From assembly GCA_965206595.1 (NCBI GenBank), contig OZ242214.1, positions 2,688,001 through 2,752,000 of the forward strand: a stretch of DNA of 64,000 bases, in the 5' to 3' direction. This document shows, piece after piece, positions 40,579 through 50,301 of this stretch. How positions within the stretch are numbered: position 1 is the stretch's first letter; the number at the start of each line of letters is the position of its first letter. A program made the translations under genes and the position numbers. Below the pieces are notes generated by a model. That model did no database searches and had not been told where the DNA came from. It saw nothing but the letters and a program-made list of their open reading frames with translations. This DNA comes from Candidatus Latescibacterota bacterium. Its GTDB lineage: Bacteria; Latescibacterota; UBA2968; UBA8231.

Positions 40579-41014
40579 GCTCAACCTCGCTTTGAGATGA
40601 CTGGGGCATCAGAGAAACCAAGATACTGCTTTCCGAAAAAATGGCACCGCCTATGCCCTTCCGGTCGAAGACAGGGGCATTGGTAGATTCAGCCCCCAGT
40701 GGAGGTCCTATGTCCTCCCCGTCAGCCTGCCGGACCGCTTCGAAGAGGACCGTTGGCTTAGGGTATTTACAAATTCCCGTCTCCGCGAGCGACTGATCGA
40801 TCTCCTCCCGGTGATCGAAATAGTAAGCCAACGCGGCATATACATCCGCCAACGTTACGTCGTAGTCGCTGGCAATCTCGTCGGCGGTTTTGCCCATGCG
40901 CTCGTGCCAGATGACGATATTCTCCACGGTGATCCGATGGCCGGCAATGCGAGGTTTTCCGCCTGATATGCCGGGGGTGATCTCGATATGTTGATCCAAG
41001 CTTTCCCTTGTCAT
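40553..41014 (-). CDS. DUF433 antitoxin-like protein, C-terminus probably frameshifted; partner absent
   Basis: ITPGISGGKPRIAGHRITV, ADVYAALAYY. Confidence 0.75.
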   Translation of the reverse strand: MTRESLDQHIEITPGISGGKPRIAGHRITVENIVIWHERMGKTADEIASDYDVTLADVYAALAYYFDHREEIDQSLAETGICKYPKPTVLFEAVRQADGEDIGPPLGAESTNAPVFDRKGIGGAIFSESSILVSLMPQSSQSEVEHGHSRKNS

Positions 41015-41065
41015 CACTAGATTTTCCAGTCGGGGAATCTTAAAGCCCTTTCTCATCACTGACAC

Positions 41066-44000
41066 TCAACCCGCGGCCGCCTGCTCGTAAGCGAGGCCGA
41101 ACACCGTATCCGCCATCCAGCGCTTGAATCCGGGGTCGTCCATGAATCTCTTGAATAGCTGGGCGTCGTCCTTCATCACGGAATTCATAACCCGGACCAG
41201 CACCTTGTCGCCCTCGATACGAGTGTTCTCGCGATCGGAGTTCTGCCGGGCATTGCGGAAGGCGGTGTCCGCGGCCACCCGGGTGGGAATGGTCTCGGTG
41301 ATGAGCTGTCCTACCCGGTCGGCGTCGTCCCAGTCGGTCGCCCAGTGCTCGTTGAAGGCTCTGAGAATGTTCGACAGCCGGTCCAGCTCCGGCTCGGTTT
41401 TGCTGCCTCCGCCGGCGGTCGGCACCGGGTCGACCTCACCGTCCTCGTCCGGCAGCAGGATCTTCTGCATCGCCTGCTTCTCGACCCGGTAACTGTCGAG
41501 GTCGATGGCGTCGAGGATGCCCTTCGACAGGTCCTCTTCCTCGGGGGCCGGCAGCTTCGGGATCAGGAGGTTCAGGAAGATCGAGCGCTTCTCCCACCCG
41601 GGGTCGTTGTAGGGAAGCACGGACGACAGAAAGGCGTAGGTGCGCGTGAACCCCTTGGCGTTCCCCTTGAACCGCACCTGTCCGTCCTCGTCCAGGTCGC
41701 TCCTGTAGACGGCCACGCAGGCGTCGAGGACCGGGTCGAGCTGGTCGCGCTCGGCCCCTCCGAGGTAGCGCCGCACCAAATCGTCGACCTGCTCCTCGGA
41801 ATAGACCTGGGCGCCGTCGAGGTCCGCCTGCAGGTCGTGCAGCTTGTCGGGGTCGGTCTCGTCGGCCAGGATGGTGGCGCGGTAGTAGTCGGCGAACGCC
41901 TCACTCATGGTGTCGGCGTCGTTGAAGAAATCGAGCACGAACACGTCGTGCTTCCTGGGGTGCGCCCGGTTGAGGCGGGACAGGGTCTGCACCGCCTTGA
42001 TGCCGGACAGGGTCTTGTCGACGTACATCGTGTGCAGCAGCGGCTCGTCGTACCCGGTCTGGAACTTGTCGGCGCAGACCAGGAAGCGGTAGGGATCCTC
42101 CTGGAACTGCGCGGCGATTCTCCCGGACGGAAAGCCGTTGAGCGACGCCTCGCTGACCTTCTCCCCGCCGAACTCGTGCTCACCGGAGAAGGCGACGAGG
42201 GCCCGGTAGCGGCTCTTGCGCTCCTGCAGGTAGTCGCGGATCGCGTGGTAGTACTGGATCGCCCGCTCGATGCCGTTGGTGACCACCATCGCCCGCGCGG
42301 CGCCGCCGATCTTGTTCTGCGCCAGCACCTGGTCGTGGAAGTGGTCGACCATGATCTCGGCCTTGAGCCCGATCGCGTGGTCGCTCCCCTCGACGAAGCG
42401 GCGCAGCTTCTTCTGCGCCTTCCTGACGTCGAACTCCGGGTCCTCTTCCACGGTCTTGGCGAGCTTGTAGTAGCTGTTCACCGGCAGGTAGTGGGAGAGC
42501 ACGTCGAGGATGAACCCCTCCTGGATCGCCTGCTTCATGGTGTAGCTGTGGAAGGCGTGGTGCCTGATTGTGCCGTCGGCCTGCGGGTCCTGGGCGCCGA
42601 AGATCTCCAGGGTCTTGTTCTTGGGCGTGGCGGTGAAGGCGAAGTAGCTGGCGTTGGGCAGCAGCTTGCGCGACTCCATCAGGCGGTTGATGCGGTCCTC
42701 GAAGGTTTCCCCCTCCTCCTCTTCCCCTGCCTCGGAGAGCGCCCGCGCCATGGCCGCGCTGGTTTGGCCGCCCTGGCTGGAGTGGGCCTCGTCGATGATG
42801 ATGGCGAAGCTGCGCCCGCGCTGCTCGTTGCCGATCTCGTCGAGGATGAACGGGAACTTCTGGATCGTCGAGATGATGATCTTCTTGCCGCTCTCGATGA
42901 AGCGGCGCAGGTCGCCGGAGCGGTCGGCGTGCCCCACCGTCGCCGACACCTGGGAATACTGCCTGATCGTGTCGCTGATCTGCCGGTCGAGAAGCACCCG
43001 GTCGGTGACGACGATGATCGAGTCGAAGACCGGGGCGCCGTCCTTCGCCAGTCCGATCAGCTGGTGGGCAAGCCAGGCAATGGAGTTGCTCTTGCCGCTG
43101 CCGGCCGAGTGCTGGATCAGGTAACGACCGCCCGCGCCGCGGTCCCCTGCGTCGGCCAGCAGGCGGCGCACCACGTCGAGCTGATGGTAGCGCGGCCAGA
43201 CCTGGGTCCGCTTCCTCCTGCCCGTCTTCTCGTCCTTCGACTCCACCACCTGGGCGTAGTTCTCCAGGATGTTGGTCAGGCTCTCCCGGCTCAGCACCTC
43301 CCGCCACAGGTAGCCGGCCTTGATGCCGCTGGCGTTGGGCGGGTTGCCGGCGCCGTCGTTCCAGCCGCGGTTGAAGGGCAGGAACCAGGAGGCCTTGCCG
43401 CTGAGGTGGGTGCAGAACTGGACCTCGCTCTCGTCCACCGCGAAGTGGGCGACGCAGCGGCCCAGCTCGAACAGCTTCTCGCGCGGGTTGCGGTCGCGCT
43501 GATACTGCTGGACGGCGTCGTCGACCGTCTGCTTGGTGAGGCTGTTCTTCAGCTCGAAGGTGAAGACCGGCAGGCCGTTGACGAACAGCCCGATGTCGAG
43601 CGCCCGCTGGGTTTCGTCGCGGCTGTAGCGAAGCTGGCGGGTGACGGTGAAGCGGTTCTGCCGGAAGCGCTCCTGCGCCTCCGGGTTGTCGGCCGAGGGA
43701 GTGCCGTAGAACAGGTCGAGGTCGTGGGCCCCGTGCCGGATGCCGTGGCGCAGCACGTCGATGGTGCCGCGCTTGCTGATCTCACCCTGGAGCCGGGCCA
43801 GGAACCGGCGGCGAGTGGGGTTGGCCTCGGACAAGCCGAGTGACTCCGATGCCTCGGGCTGGGTGGCGCGCAGGAAGGCGGAAAGCTGAGCCAGGTCGAC
43901 GCAGTACTCGCGGTCGTAGTCGTGGAAGTTGCCGCCGGCCCAACCGACTCCGCCGTAGCTGGCAGGGGGCTCGCCCGCGGTGGGACCCGGGGGCGGGTCG

Positions 44001-44077
44001 CAGGGATGGCCGGCCAGCGCGCTGCAGATGAGGCGTTCGAGGCCGCGTTCGGAGGTGTCGGTGGTCCTAACGGTCAT
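41066..44077 (-). CDS. hsdR: Type I restriction endonuclease subunit R
   Basis: DIGLFVNGLPVFTFELKN, HSAGSGKS, DEAHSSQ, FTATPK, KFQTGYDEP, QTLSRLNR; GGAGGAGG RBS. Confidence 0.96.
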   Translation of the reverse strand: MTVRTTDTSERGLERLICSALAGHPCDPPPGPTAGEPPASYGGVGWAGGNFHDYDREYCVDLAQLSAFLRATQPEASESLGLSEANPTRRRFLARLQGEISKRGTIDVLRHGIRHGAHDLDLFYGTPSADNPEAQERFRQNRFTVTRQLRYSRDETQRALDIGLFVNGLPVFTFELKNSLTKQTVDDAVQQYQRDRNPREKLFELGRCVAHFAVDESEVQFCTHLSGKASWFLPFNRGWNDGAGNPPNASGIKAGYLWREVLSRESLTNILENYAQVVESKDEKTGRRKRTQVWPRYHQLDVVRRLLADAGDRGAGGRYLIQHSAGSGKSNSIAWLAHQLIGLAKDGAPVFDSIIVVTDRVLLDRQISDTIRQYSQVSATVGHADRSGDLRRFIESGKKIIISTIQKFPFILDEIGNEQRGRSFAIIIDEAHSSQGGQTSAAMARALSEAGEEEEGETFEDRINRLMESRKLLPNASYFAFTATPKNKTLEIFGAQDPQADGTIRHHAFHSYTMKQAIQEGFILDVLSHYLPVNSYYKLAKTVEEDPEFDVRKAQKKLRRFVEGSDHAIGLKAEIMVDHFHDQVLAQNKIGGAARAMVVTNGIERAIQYYHAIRDYLQERKSRYRALVAFSGEHEFGGEKVSEASLNGFPSGRIAAQFQEDPYRFLVCADKFQTGYDEPLLHTMYVDKTLSGIKAVQTLSRLNRAHPRKHDVFVLDFFNDADTMSEAFADYYRATILADETDPDKLHDLQADLDGAQVYSEEQVDDLVRRYLGGAERDQLDPVLDACVAVYRSDLDEDGQVRFKGNAKGFTRTYAFLSSVLPYNDPGWEKRSIFLNLLIPKLPAPEEEDLSKGILDAIDLDSYRVEKQAMQKILLPDEDGEVDPVPTAGGGSKTEPELDRLSNILRAFNEHWATDWDDADRVGQLITETIPTRVAADTAFRNARQNSDRENTRIEGDKVLVRVMNSVMKDDAQLFKRFMDDPGFKRWMADTVFGLAYEQAAAG

Positions 44078-44168
44078 ACCTGCCTCCTCCGACCAGACCA
44101 TTCAATCACGTGTAAGTCCGTCGTAGTCCTGCCGGTTGGACCAGTCCCTTTTAGAGTGCTGGGACTTT

Positions 44169-45257
44169 CTACATTGCAAAGCAGAAGTCGTGCTCCTGGA
44201 ACTGTGACACCTTCGCGCCGTGAAACGAGTTCGCCTGCGTTTTGTCGACTTCGGAAGTGACCCCATCGTCGACAAGCTGTACCTCGCGGCCAAGACCTCC
44301 CGTCAAGGAACGCAGCAATCCCTCTCTCAACTCGGGTTTATTCAATCGGCGCCCTCCGATCCGAATGACCATCCTCGCCCGTCCTGCCAATAGAGGTCCC
44401 AGTCCCGCCATAGACGCCTGGATGAATGTCCAGTAGTTGTCCTTGTTGCGGTGTCGATCGTCTCCCCGCCCGCGCAGCACCAACGGCTCCCCGTCGAGAA
44501 ACCACAGCCGCAGCCACTGATCCTCGCGGTAGTTGGTGGTGTCGAGGTACGGCGGCGATGTAATCACGTCGGTAACTCGACCTGTAAGGTCCGGGAACTT
44601 GCAGGCGGCCAGACGAGCGTCGGTCTGAATCACCTTCGCGGATCCCTCCGGGGGAGGGGTCCGGAACCGGTATTCGAGCATCCGTTCGAGGATCTCGAAG
44701 ACATCCCGCGGCGGCGGGGTATTTCCGAATCGCCTCCACCATCGAATCGAATAATCCGGCTTCGTGCTGATAGTGCGGGGCATGCGGTTGCTGAAGTAAT
44801 TGGGGGAGCGGTGGGACTCACCATGCAGCGCACCGAGGCACAGCGCCGCGATGAACCGGTCGTCCTTGCGGTTGCGCCAATCCAGCACCGATCGCAGGTA
44901 ACGCACTTGCAGCAGTGTGTCCCGGTGAAAGCAAAGGTCGAAGAACTCTCCCAAGCTGCCCTGCCACCCCAAGTCATCCGGCTCGTAGCATCCCTGCCTC
45001 AACTCGTTGAGTCGCGTCCTGACTTTCGAGAATCCAGGCGGGTTGCTCTTGGCTCCCGAGACGCAGACCGCCACCGGGTTCAGATCGCAGCCGGCCGCTG
45101 CCCGCCCCTGGAGCAGCGCTTGAAAAACAGTCGTTCCCCGCCCGCAGTACGGATCGAAGACAATCCCGTTGTACCGACTCGCCGCAAGATGCTTCTCGAC
45201 GAACCTCTCCGGGAACATCGCGAAGTAGGGACAGATCGAGTGGAACCGATGTCTCAT
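44169..45257 (-). CDS. DNA methyltransferase (SPPY type, probably N4-cytosine)
   Basis: PYFAMFP, VFDPYCGRGTT, DLNPVA, VITSPPY; ATGA overlap with upstream gene. Confidence 0.88.
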   Translation of the reverse strand: MRHRFHSICPYFAMFPERFVEKHLAASRYNGIVFDPYCGRGTTVFQALLQGRAAAGCDLNPVAVCVSGAKSNPPGFSKVRTRLNELRQGCYEPDDLGWQGSLGEFFDLCFHRDTLLQVRYLRSVLDWRNRKDDRFIAALCLGALHGESHRSPNYFSNRMPRTISTKPDYSIRWWRRFGNTPPPRDVFEILERMLEYRFRTPPPEGSAKVIQTDARLAACKFPDLTGRVTDVITSPPYLDTTNYREDQWLRLWFLDGEPLVLRGRGDDRHRNKDNYWTFIQASMAGLGPLLAGRARMVIRIGGRRLNKPELREGLLRSLTGGLGREVQLVDDGVTSEVDKTQANSFHGAKVSQFQEHDFCFAM

Positions 45258-46252
45258 GCGGCCGCTGCACTCCCCCGGTTGCGGTAGTCTGTGACCCATT
45301 GCGCGACTTCCTCCAGCTGATCGTACCCCTCAATCCCAACACCGGCCTCCACGAGCCGAGCGGCTTCTGCCACACGACGGGGAACACGAAGCCGGTGCAG
45401 CACGTTCCCCATCACGCGAACGTCGTCGACGAACTGATCGTCGGCCGTGGCGAACGGGACAATCATGTAGGCGATGAAATCGGTCACCGGCGGCGTCCCG
45501 AACCACCGGCCCTTGAACGCGTTCAGATGACCCTTGAGCGACTTTTCCCTCGCATTACGGCCAGTGGCGACCTGGGCGGCGGCGAAAGGAAACCCCGGTA
45601 GCCCATCAGGGTGCGGGCGGGCAGCGAAAACATCGATCTGATCGTCTTTGGGCTGCCGCGGAGCTCCGATCTGCGGCTCGACCCTTCCGTCGCCGAGCTT
45701 TACCCAAATCTGTTTCAGCTTGTTGAGAAAACCCGATCTGTCCGGTCGTGGAAAACCGAACGACCACGCTACGCCCTGAATCTCTGCGGCCAAAGCAGCG
45801 GTCGCGAAATATTGAAAGTACTCCCGCAATTTCCCCACCTCTGCACAATCGGGATGAAGACCCGAACCATCGAGCATCGGCGTGAAGGCCCGCAGGTTCG
45901 AAAGGACAAGGCTCAGGATGTACGCTGCCTGCCCGAACGATTCATCGTCCATCTCGTACCACAACAGGTTTCCGTCAGAATCAAGCCTGAAGGGATAAGC
46001 CGAGTCCAACGCGTCCTGTCGCGTCTCGATCCTGTTCACCGCGCTTGAGACAATCTCTTCCTCTCCCTCCTGCATTTCCCCTTGCAGATCGCCATGATCC
46101 TCCGCCGCCCCGAGTGTCGCAGCGTTGGCGAGTTCAGAAGTCAGGACCGTGGAGTCATCTGCAAAGAATGCGGTTAACTCCAGAAAATCGGCGGCGAGAT
46201 CGACATCGATCGACGGTCCGGAAACCGCGTCTATTGGTAGATAAAGAGGCAT
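45254..46252 (-). CDS. Hypothetical protein, putative PD-(D/E)xK-type nuclease
   Basis: KDDQIDVFAAR...AAAQVATGRN resembles a D..D..QxxxG restriction-endonuclease variant; translationally coupled on both sides. Confidence 0.55.
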   Translation of the reverse strand: MPLYLPIDAVSGPSIDVDLAADFLELTAFFADDSTVLTSELANAATLGAAEDHGDLQGEMQEGEEEIVSSAVNRIETRQDALDSAYPFRLDSDGNLLWYEMDDESFGQAAYILSLVLSNLRAFTPMLDGSGLHPDCAEVGKLREYFQYFATAALAAEIQGVAWSFGFPRPDRSGFLNKLKQIWVKLGDGRVEPQIGAPRQPKDDQIDVFAARPHPDGLPGFPFAAAQVATGRNAREKSLKGHLNAFKGRWFGTPPVTDFIAYMIVPFATADDQFVDDVRVMGNVLHRLRVPRRVAEAARLVEAGVGIEGYDQLEEVAQWVTDYRNRGSAAAA

Positions 46253-47379
46253 CACTCCCCCGCGCTGGCGTCACGGTACTTCCGGGACATGCTATGATAC
46301 AGGCTATCCGCCGTTTCCTTTACATCCTCGGCGATGTCGAGCAGGGACCTGTCCATTCCGTCGTAAGCCCGCAGTGAACCTGTTGCTTCACGGACCGCAT
46401 CCCGCGCACGCAGCAGCGACGCAGTAAACCGTTTGTCCACGGGCTCCGTGCTGGCGTGTGCCTGATCGAGATTACCCCTTTGCTCCAGGACATGTCGCCC
46501 CTCCGCGTGGGCGAGCACCTCCCCCAATCGCTTGATGTCCGGGTTCTGCGTAGTCACCACCGGCCGCGCGTCGTCCGACTTCGATCCATAGATCCAGACG
46601 AGCACCTTTCGAAGCTCATCCAGTTTCTCCCGGGGAACCTGATCCGGCTTCGGGTCGTGTCGCGACCAAGCCGGTTCGAGGCCCAGATACTCCATGTACT
46701 GAGAACGCGAAAGCGCGGTATACAGATGGGAGAAATTGAACTTGCTGGTGTGGCGATCTTCGACCTCGAACAGCCTCTCTTCTTTTGCCTGCTCCAGCAC
46801 GTAGATTGCCGACACCATCCGCTTGATCGTATCGTGCCGGTCGCCGATGGCAGTCGCGATCTGCTCGAGGTCCAACCCTTGAGATCGCCCCGACCGGTAC
46901 CATTCCGCTGCGAAACGTGCCTTGGAGTACGCGTCCCACTTCGCAGGTCCGTTGATGTGTTTATAGCCGATGAAAGCTCGGGCATGCTCCCGGCTTTCGA
47001 CGAGGTAGACCGACACTTGATCCAGGGTACTGCGCACCGCATCGTCGATCTCGGGCACCGCTATACGGGTATCTTCCGAGGACGCGATCCTGCCAACCAA
47101 GGCCGGTTCCACCAAAAGACGAAGCGTGGCGAGCCTCCGGTTTCCCTCAAGGACGATCAGCGTGTCACCTTCAGAGGCGCGCATGACGACGAGCGGCTCG
47201 ATGTCGAGGTACCCGTTGGCGGATATCGACTGAAGAAGCTCGTCGAGCTCCGCTGAGCGGTAGAGCCGCGCAATGATCGACTCGTCGGATGCATCCTCCG
47301 CCTGGCCTAGCAGCCGCGGGTTTCTACGATCCAGTCGAAGCCTCTCTACCGGCACCTTGGTGGTCGTTTCAAGTTCCAT
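46252..47379 (-). CDS. ParB/Srx N-terminal domain protein
   Basis: LRLDRRNPRL, SISANGY..EPLVV, VLEGNRRLA, HINGPAKW. Confidence 0.82.
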   Translation of the reverse strand: MELETTTKVPVERLRLDRRNPRLLGQAEDASDESIIARLYRSAELDELLQSISANGYLDIEPLVVMRASEGDTLIVLEGNRRLATLRLLVEPALVGRIASSEDTRIAVPEIDDAVRSTLDQVSVYLVESREHARAFIGYKHINGPAKWDAYSKARFAAEWYRSGRSQGLDLEQIATAIGDRHDTIKRMVSAIYVLEQAKEERLFEVEDRHTSKFNFSHLYTALSRSQYMEYLGLEPAWSRHDPKPDQVPREKLDELRKVLVWIYGSKSDDARPVVTTQNPDIKRLGEVLAHAEGRHVLEQRGNLDQAHASTEPVDKRFTASLLRARDAVREATGSLRAYDGMDRSLLDIAEDVKETADSLYHSMSRKYRDASAGE

Positions 47380-47622
47380 TGGCAACCGTCCTTCTCCATT
47401 TTCTGGCTATGACCGACACCAAGTTTCCACCCCACTACCTGACAGAGAGCATTCCCCAGTTCAACCGTCCCAGGGACCGACCATCTTGCACCGATACTGC
47501 GTTGGATGCAGTTCCGGCAAATATGCCCCATAAGCGGGGGGGCCGTATCTCTTCTACAATGACCAGGTACTCAGTCTGTGACATCTCCACCATTCGTGTC
47601 AGTTCTATTTGGCACGCCTGCC

Positions 47623-47653
47623 CGAGGCCAAGTTCGGAGGTGTCGGTGGGCAC
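47623..47653 (-). repeat. hsdR 5' remnant A
   Basis: 47623-47649 matches 44038-44064 at 25/27; reads GTG-PTDTSELGL, 8 nt after the PIN stop. Confidence 0.8.
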
Positions 47654-47661
47654 TGTGAAGC

Positions 47662-48075
47662 CTACCGCTCGGTGAACGGGTTTATAACCCGGAGGCCATC
47701 GTAGTCCCGTTCCGAATTGAGGTCTTCTGAGTAGACCGCATCGCAGCCCAGGGCGCGCGCCGCCGCAAGAATGGCACCGTCCCAAAAAGACAGCCCGAAG
47801 CGTCGGCTGATGGCGGTGGCGGCACGGAACAGACTGAGGGTGATATCCTGGACCGGAAAGTGACCGATGCCCTGGATGAATTCCAGCGCGTGTTCTTGAG
47901 TGATCGCTCCGAGGCGGGTGGAGCGCGTTGCCTGGTGATAGAACTCCTGGAGCACCTGGACGGACAACGCAAGGTCCTCCGCTTCCAGCAGCCGCTGGGC
48001 CAAACGCTGCTTGTCGGCTTCTTCAGGAGCGGGGCTGGCCGCGTATATCAGGACGTTCGTATCGACAAAGCGCAC
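47662..48075 (-). CDS. PIN-domain toxin (VapC-like)
   Basis: FVDTNVLIY, QVLQEF, SFWDGAI, YSEDL, NPF. Confidence 0.92.
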   Translation of the reverse strand: MRFVDTNVLIYAASPAPEEADKQRLAQRLLEAEDLALSVQVLQEFYHQATRSTRLGAITQEHALEFIQGIGHFPVQDITLSLFRAATAISRRFGLSFWDGAILAAARALGCDAVYSEDLNSERDYDGLRVINPFTER

Positions 48076-48080
48076 GGCAC

Positions 48081-48419
48081 TTACCCGCGCTGGCGGTCTT
48101 CGTCTTCGGCGGCCGCTGCCTGAGCTTCGGCTCTGGCTCTGGCTCGGTCGTACAGTTCTTCGCGAGGCAGGTTGTCAGCGGCCCTGAATCCGGGGGAAGT
48201 AGTGCGGATTTTCTCAATGACCTCGCGCAACATCCTGCGGCGGCGTTCGACTTCCGTCTCCACCTCCAGCCTCTTGTCCGCTGTTCGGCCGGCACCGTCC
48301 TCAACCAGGCTCTTCAGGTAGTCCCGCACGAGGGCCGATACCGAGGTGTCCAATTCCGCCGCCCGGATGCGGGCGAGCCGGTGGGTCTCTTCGTCGACGG
48401 ATACGGTGATGTTCTTCAT
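48081..48419 (-). CDS. RHH antitoxin (DUF6364/CopG-like)
   Basis: MKNITVSVDE...TSVSALVRDYL, C-terminal REELYDR. Confidence 0.85.
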   Translation of the reverse strand: MKNITVSVDEETHRLARIRAAELDTSVSALVRDYLKSLVEDGAGRTADKRLEVETEVERRRRMLREVIEKIRTTSPGFRAADNLPREELYDRARARAEAQAAAAEDEDRQRG

Positions 48420-48430
48420 GGTCACAGCCT

Positions 48431-48443
48431 CACAGTTTCTGTG
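48431..48443. promoter_or_regulatory. Candidate RHH operator
   Basis: CACAG-TTT-CTGTG palindrome just upstream of the antitoxin start. Confidence 0.5.
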
Positions 48444-48541
48444 TAGCACAACGTAGGTGCCCATAAAACGATGGGCAACACCTGCGGCGGCGAGGGTGCC
48501 TTCAGGGCTGGCGCTTTTTGGTGTTACGTTTCCTCCGCGTC

Positions 48542-48616
48542 CGGGTCGCAGGGATGGCTGGCCAGGGCAGGGCAGATGAGGCGTTACAGGCCGCGCTCGG
48601 AGGAATCGGTGGTCAT
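48542..48616 (-). pseudogene. hsdR 5' remnant B
   Basis: MTTDSSERGL*RLICPALASHPCDP vs hsdR TTDTSERGLERLICSALAGHPCDP, about 63/73 nt; its ATG overlaps the DUF1828 stop (ATGA). Confidence 0.9.
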
Positions 48617-49391
48617 GCCGCTTCGCTCAGGACCGCGGCGAATTCGTCCGGCCTTGACCAGCGCGAAACCATGGACAGAGGCTCGACCAGCCGATAATCC
48701 TCATCCGCCCAGACATCGGCGGTATCGTCAAACAACGAGACGAAGGTCAGGGCTTCCGGTCCCGCAGCGAGATGATTCAGATCGTGCCAGGCTGCCAGCA
48801 CGTGCTCGGAGACCCTGTGGGCTGCAGCGCGATTCCCAGTACTCAGCACCTGCACCAGGGAACTGCGCAGCTTGGTCCGAACGTGAAAATCGACCGTCCA
48901 GCCACGTCCCGACCTGCCGACCAGCTTTTCGCCGCGGTCGAAACCGAATTCACGCTCTTTCAAGAAATCGGCTACCTCGTCCGTAATGGACAAGCCGCCC
49001 GGGGTTCGGAAGGTGACCCATAAGTCGGACAACCCGCAGCGCCGCCTGCGCAACTCGGGTAACGACATGCGCCAACTCGTCACCGGGCCGGCATCGGGCC
49101 TGAAGCATTCCACGGTAGAACTCCGTGCCGTGTGTCAGGCACGCATCTTCGATAAACTGCTTCTGTTTCGGCGATCGGCGAAGCGCCGTCGACTGCATGC
49201 TAAGCCAGCCCGTGGTTTCCGCAAGATCGCTAACCGTCACCACGTCCCCCCGGACCTTGCAGAAAAGATCGATGTTGTCGCCGTCCGGAAAGAGGAATGG
49301 CGTGCGAATTCGCAGATATTCGCCCTGCGGAGCATATGAACGAGGCTCCGACCTTTCGCTGGATATCCTGGCACAAGTGACTGTGATTCAT
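48613..49391 (-). pseudogene. DUF1828/DUF1829-domain gene, frameshifted
   Basis: IRTPFLFPDGDNIDLF, VSDLAET and GRSG..WTVDF are spread over different frames. Confidence 0.75.
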
Positions 49392-49993
49392 CACCACAAC
49401 TCCTTCTGTGTCGCAGGCGGTTCTTCCAGTCGCCAAGGGTTTCCATGGTCAGACAGGATCCGCATGGCCTGATTTGGCATCGAGGTCGCATGGCCGATGG
49501 GCAATGCCTGTGGCCGGGGGGCGGCCATCCTGATCTGGCAGGGGCAAGTTTCGAACCTGTCCCTACGGTCGGACCCCGGAGGCGGTTGCACCGATGGCCG
49601 AATAGAGCCGTGAATGGACGCTCCAGCCCGTTCTCGCTGGTGTCGGTGGTCCGCGCTATATGCCTCGTCTCTCATCGGGATGGGAACTTCCCGCACTTCA
49701 CCGGGTTGGATTTCATCCAAAGCAATGCGGATGGCTTCCGTTCTCTGCGAGATGCGCGGCCAAGCGGTTTTCATCAAAACGACCACGGCCACCTGTCTGT
49801 TTGACATGTTCTGTTGATGTTGGATGCCTTGGTCGGTAGTGATCAAAACATCGAAGCCGACTTCTTCAGCACGGTCCAGCAAGTCTCCGTTGGACAAGCC
49901 GTCCCAACCGCGCTCCCTGGCCTCTTCGACGACATGGCCGAAAAGCCGGAGGCGCAACTGCCTGGGTGTCCCGTTATCGAACAGGATGCGCAT
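49391..49993 (-). CDS. DUF5615/PIN-like toxin; native stop near 49660 apparently lost, reads through remnant C
   Basis: MRILFDNGTP, NGDLL, LITTDQGI..QQN. Confidence 0.78.
   Translation of the reverse strand: MRILFDNGTPRQLRLRLFGHVVEEARERGWDGLSNGDLLDRAEEVGFDVLITTDQGIQHQQNMSNRQVAVVVLMKTAWPRISQRTEAIRIALDEIQPGEVREVPIPMRDEAYSADHRHQRERAGASIHGSIRPSVQPPPGSDRRDRFETCPCQIRMAAPRPQALPIGHATSMPNQAMRILSDHGNPWRLEEPPATQKELW
49560..49652 (-). pseudogene. hsdR 5' remnant C (most decayed)
   Basis: RTTDTSENGLERPFTALFGHRCNRLRGPTVG vs RTTDTSERGLERLICSALAGHPCDPPPGPTAG. Confidence 0.8.
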
Positions 49994-50216
49994 GAACGAC
50001 CTTTGCCCGGAGCTCCTGCGCCACGTGCTCCAGCACCGCCTTCACCTCCGTTTCATCCACTCCTCCGAACCACTCGATGAAGTCGTGGATGGTCGCACCC
50101 GCAGCAAGGTTCTCGAAAAGGGCATATACCGGCAAACGGGTTCCGGTAAACACCCAATTGCCACTCACCTTGCCGGGTACGCTTTCGACCGCCGGGCACT
50201 TGCTCCAGTCTGTCAT
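49974..50216 (-). CDS. DUF433 antitoxin-like protein
   Basis: PGKVSGNWVFTGTRLPV..LFENLAAG; AGGAG RBS. Confidence 0.88.
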   Translation of the reverse strand: MTDWSKCPAVESVPGKVSGNWVFTGTRLPVYALFENLAAGATIHDFIEWFGGVDETEVKAVLEHVAQELRAKVVHAHPVR

Positions 50217-50301
50217 GCTGTCAACTCCTTTTCGATGGTGTATCAATACAATACCCAAGTACCTGGCCGGTCAGAAACTTCCGGTCAAGGTGCATTAGCC
50301 T

